This document shows, one piece after another, positions 60,792 to 64,000 of a stretch of DNA of 64,000 nucleotides. The stretch is from positions 272,762 to 336,761 of the forward strand of contig BPAJ01000001.1 of NCBI GenBank assembly GCA_019652555.1, given 5' to 3'. The first letter of the stretch is position 1. Every line of letters starts with the position of its first letter. The notes below the pieces were generated by a model, which was not told where the DNA came from, made no database searches, and worked only from the letters and a program-made list of their open reading frames with translations. The DNA is from Gammaproteobacteria bacterium (GTDB taxonomy: Bacteria; Pseudomonadota; Gammaproteobacteria; Magnimaribacterales; AG-339-G14). A program made the translations under genes and the position numbers.

Positions 60792-61085
60792 ATGAATAAA
60801 GGTCCTATGGGGAGCATCACCTGGAACGCATCTCAATCAGCAACGACTAAAAACCCTCACTTCTCAACTGCGCAATCTTCAACTGTTGCTGGTGGTTTTT
60901 CTCGGATAACCGAACGAGATAATGCCGCAGTTGCTGGTGGTCACAACGTTATTACATATAAAAATATGTCTGGCAGTCTTTACGGTACGGCAAACCATGT
61001 TGAAGTCGGTGCGCAGCTAGAATTCACCAGACAAAATATCAATGAAATGATCATGCTGCGTGGTACAGCAATTTTATCGGAGTAA
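60792..61085 (+). pseudogene. giant gene 1, C-terminal end (TbpB-like beta-barrel tail)
   Basis: ...SGSLYGTANHVEVGAQLEFTRQ....LRGTAILSE* together with upstream LDYMSWGIWA and TASLAGMAMFD. The pattern resembles TbpB/fHbp-type 8-stranded barrels. Confidence 0.4.
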
Positions 61086-61400
61086 TTATTGAATAGGGAG
61101 AAACAGAATTTGAATTGAGCATGAGAACGGAGATCAATAACCTTTCTTTTGGAACCTTCTTTGGTTCTTTGTTGTCTTTTTGGTACTTTGACAACAGAAA
61201 GGCTATTCATCACCCGATCTTGCTCGGCTGGGCTCGGTGGTTTCCATCGGGTTCAGTCCAAGTTATTGATTTTATTTGGAAAAAGCTAAGTAAAAAGATT
61301 GAAAAATGGGCATTTTTTGCTAATTTTCACCTTGGCTTTTTGCTAAAACCTCAAAAAATTCGTTTTTTTGGGGTTTTTGGCGTTGGTTATTGATATGTAT

Positions 61401-61730
61401 ATGAGACAAAAACATATGAATCTCTTGAAAACTGCACTCATTGCAGTGAGTTTCATCGTCTATCCGTTGTCTTATGCACAAGATGAAATTGGGGTAGCAG
61501 CAGCGGTAAACACCAAAACCGTTGATATGGTGGCCTATCCTGGGGGTAATATTGAAAACCGTAACGTTGATCCTGGTTACAAGATCATCTCGAATAGAAC
61601 CATTCAAACCAACAAGAGCGGAAAAGCTCAAATGCTCTTAGTTGATGGTACAGCTTTTACCATTGGTCCTAATTCAACAGTTACTTTGGATAAATTTATC
61701 TATGATCCAGAACAGCCTCTGGAAGTTTAG
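61401..61730 (+). pseudogene. giant gene 2 (paralogue), N-terminal fragment: signal peptide plus FecR-like domain start
   Basis: MRQKHMNLLKTALIAVSFIVYPLSYA|QDEIGVAAAVNTKT...DGTAFTIGPNSTVTLDKFIYDPEQ aligns residue for residue with gene 1. The start could be ATG 61401 or 61416. Confidence 0.65.
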
Positions 61731-61774
61731 AAGTTTCAGCTAAAGGCTTGTCAGATTGGTTGGAGGAAAGGTAA

Positions 61775-64000
61775 CCAAAAAAAAACCTGCCATTATTAAG
61801 AACAAGCACTGCAACTGTTGGAATCAGGGGAGGAATTGCAATTGTTGAGGCAACTGATGAAGAAACAACAGCATCTTTTGTTTATGGAGTTGAAATGGAA
61901 GTAGCTCCAATTAAAAATCCAGACAATAGTTTAGTTCTTACTCAAGTAGGATTAAGTGTTGAAGTGGAGGCAGATTCTGAAGAAGTTGAAGAGCCTGAAG
62001 TAATTACTTCAGAAGAGTTGGATGATTATGCCGATGACTTTGAAGGCAATGAAGAGCCCGACGAAGAGTCAAGTGATGATTCAGAATCTGAAGAATCAAC
62101 TAATGATTCTGAAGAGTCTTCAGAAAATGAAGATACCGAAGATACCGAAGAGACTGAAGAAACAGAAGAAAACGAAGAAGAAGCTGAAGAAAGCGAAGAA
62201 GAAGCTGAAGAAGCTGAAGAAGCAGAAGAAGCTGAAGAAAGCGAAGAAGAAACAGAAGAAAACGAAGAAGAAACAGAAGAAAACGAAGAAACAGATGAAC
62301 CGGAAGAAGCTGATGAGGCTGAAGAAAACGAAGAAGAATCAGATGAGGTAGAAAGTGAAGAAACTGAAGAGAATGATAATGAAGAAGCAGAAGAAACCGA
62401 AACTGAAAGCGAAGAAGTAGATGAAGAAACAGAAAACGAAGAGCTAGAAGACTCCGAAGAATCAACGGATAATTCGTCGGAAGAAGAGACTACAGAAGAA
62501 GAAGCGTCGACTGAGCCAGAAAACGAAGAAACATCAGAAGATGTGTCTAGTCCAGAAGAATCGTCTGAATCTGAAACTCAAAATGATGAGAACTCTTCCA
62601 GTGCTGAAAACGATTCTCCAGAGGAAACAGCGTCTCAAGAATCTACTGATACTGAAGACGAACCTTCAGAAAATGGTTCCCCAATAGAAACTTCAAGTTC
62701 AGATGAAGATTCATCATCCAGTGATACCAATGAGACAACCTCTATCGAAACAGAAGATGATTCTCAAGATCAATCTTCAGAAAACGTTGATTCAAATGGA
62801 GGACTATCTGGCGAAACAACATCGTCCGACACTTCAAGTAGTACTTCTAGCAATGAATCGTCAAACGATCAATTTTCAGGAGAGTCCGATGGCAATGTTG
62901 AATCTCAAGCAACATCTGAAGAGAGTCAAACAGCTCCAGAAGTTCAAGGTCCAACCGTTACCAGTTCGTCATCAAGCGATGACGTTAGTCGTCCAACACA
63001 ACCTAATGAAGGCAGAGAAATTGAGGAGCCGCCTTTAACAAGACCTACAGGAGAACCCACGACCTCACCAGAACCAGCGACAACAAGTCCATCTTCAGAC
63101 CCTGTTCCACTAACACAACCTGCAACCGCAACTTCTTCCTCGGATTCAGTACCATTGGTTCAACCTCCGACTTCTACCGCGTCTTCGGATTCAGTACCAT
63201 TGGTTCAACCTCCGACTTCTACCGCGTCTTCGGATTCAGTACCATTGGTTCAACCTCCGACTTCTACTGCGTCCTCAGACACGGTACCTTTGATTTTACC
63301 GCCTACAGCAACTTCTTCCTCTGATTCTGTGCCTTTGATCCAACCAGAAATTCAGGAACCGGAAGTAATTAATATCGAACCTATTAACAATGAACCCATT
63401 ACAGCATTACCTGAAATTGATGAAGGCTTGTTGGATAGCTTCGATATCACCACAAATACTTCAGACACTGGAATTGATGATCTCACAACGGCTTACGATG
63501 TGGGTGGAGAATTATTTATTGACGATACTCAAATTGAAACTCAAGAAGAAGAATTTATTGAAGAGGCTACTGAGGCCAACGAAGAAGTCCAGATAGATGA
63601 AGTTCAAGAAGAGCAAAAAGTAGAAGTGGTTATTGAAGCGCAGTTGACTACAAATGCCTCGTTTATTAAAACAAATATTGAAGAAAATCTCTCGGTTGGA
63701 GCATCTCTTGGAAAAATTGATGTCAATTATACTGGCTCGGAAAATCTTAGTTTTGTCTTAGGCGGCAATGGTAGTGAAAATTTTGAAATTGATGCCCAAG
63801 GAAATATTTCTTTAAAAAACAATCTCGATTACGAAGCTAGGACAACCTACAGTTTATTGGTATTCACTTTGTTGGGTGACAAACAAATTACCAATACCTT
63901 GGATTTTACTGTTGTAGATATCGATGAAGATCCGATTGTGGACTTAAATCTAGCGGTCAATTCTTTAGCTGAAAACACTGCAACGAATTTTAAAATCGGT
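61775..64000 (+). CDS. giant gene 2, main open frame (rest of FecR-like domain, about 330 codons of acidic/Ser-Thr tract, Pro-rich 15-aa repeats, cadherin-like repeats), open at window end
   Basis: Not in the track because it has no stop before 64000. My translation reads ..TSTATVGIRGGIAIVEATDEETTASFVYGVEMEV...EEAEESEEEAEEAEE...SDSVPLVQPPTSTAS x3...GNISLKNNLDYEARTTYSLLVF..DIDEDP. Confidence 0.7.
63126..63350 (+). repeat. 45-nt tandem repeat (about 5 units, 3 near-identical) coding SDSVPLVQPPTSTAS
   Basis: CGGATTCAGT recurs at 63141, 63186 and 63231 (period 45). Degenerate units flank the three near-identical ones. Confidence 0.85.

Larger units (their letters stand above)
52995..61085 (+). 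pseudogene. giant secreted protein (signal peptide, FecR-like domain, poly-acidic tract, cadherin-like repeats, nidogen-like segment, TbpB-like C-terminal barrel), frame broken many times
   Basis: Track ORFs 52902..54080, 54151..55131, 55176..55427, 55360..55686, 55699..55908, 56234..56941, 56865..57425, 58681..59370, 59403..60029, 60094..60276, 60373..60732 and 60792..61085 lie on one strand. They join into sensible protein sequence across single-nt shifts (LDYE/FDYE cadherin signatures recur). Confidence 0.6.

Noticed and set aside
61115-61393. 92-aa ORF in the spacer between the two giant genes
   Set aside because: No SD, hydrophobic and aromatic junk-like composition, and it overlaps the likely promoter and start of gene 2. 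I cannot exclude a small membrane protein, but there is no positive evidence.

Overview
About 64 kb of AT-rich (judged by eye, not computed), tightly packed chromosome. It looks like a streamlined marine gammaproteobacterium. This is inferred from Pseudomonas-like synteny (rpoE/algU-mucA-like-mucD-lepA-lepB-rnc-era-recO, ygfZ/sdhE, suhB/trmJ, yajC-secDF) plus proteorhodopsin, a TonB-dependent receptor and many lipid beta-oxidation genes; 'SAR86-like' is only a guess.

Positions 1-52 kb are mostly housekeeping: nrdAB, glpK, argF, serA, ung, the rpoE-to-acpS block, adk, tsaB, uppP, ibpA, plsB, secDF, glnK-amtB, a blue-tuned proteorhodopsin, cobB, alternative oxidase, dapE, malate synthase G, a coupled acyl-CoA dehydrogenase pair, and three tRNAs (Leu-CAA, Glu-UUC, Gly-GCC). 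Positions 52-64 kb are accessory: a TetR regulator, then two tandem, diverged paralogues of a giant secreted protein (signal peptide, FecR-like domain, extreme poly-acidic tract, cadherin-like repeats; the first ends in a TbpB-like barrel).

Features the ORF track does not show:
- A glutamine-riboswitch-like (glnA motif) aptamer with an oversized insertion, on the minus strand at 33371-33504. It precedes an unlisted 54-codon YRG-repeat ORF and lies 2 kb from glnK-amtB. This is my best candidate for something new in this lineage.
- A sigma32 promoter plus ROSE-like thermometer in front of ibpA.
- An NrdR box upstream of nrdA.
- An inverted pair of perfect DnaA boxes in the largest spacer.

Caveat: dapE, the TonB receptor, a small hypothetical gene and both giant genes carry frameshifts. 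Nearly every one I could resolve by eye sits in or next to a short homopolymer or dinucleotide run. These are therefore more likely sequence or assembly errors than real pseudogenes. No CRISPR array, transposase, integrase or recognisable defence system was seen.
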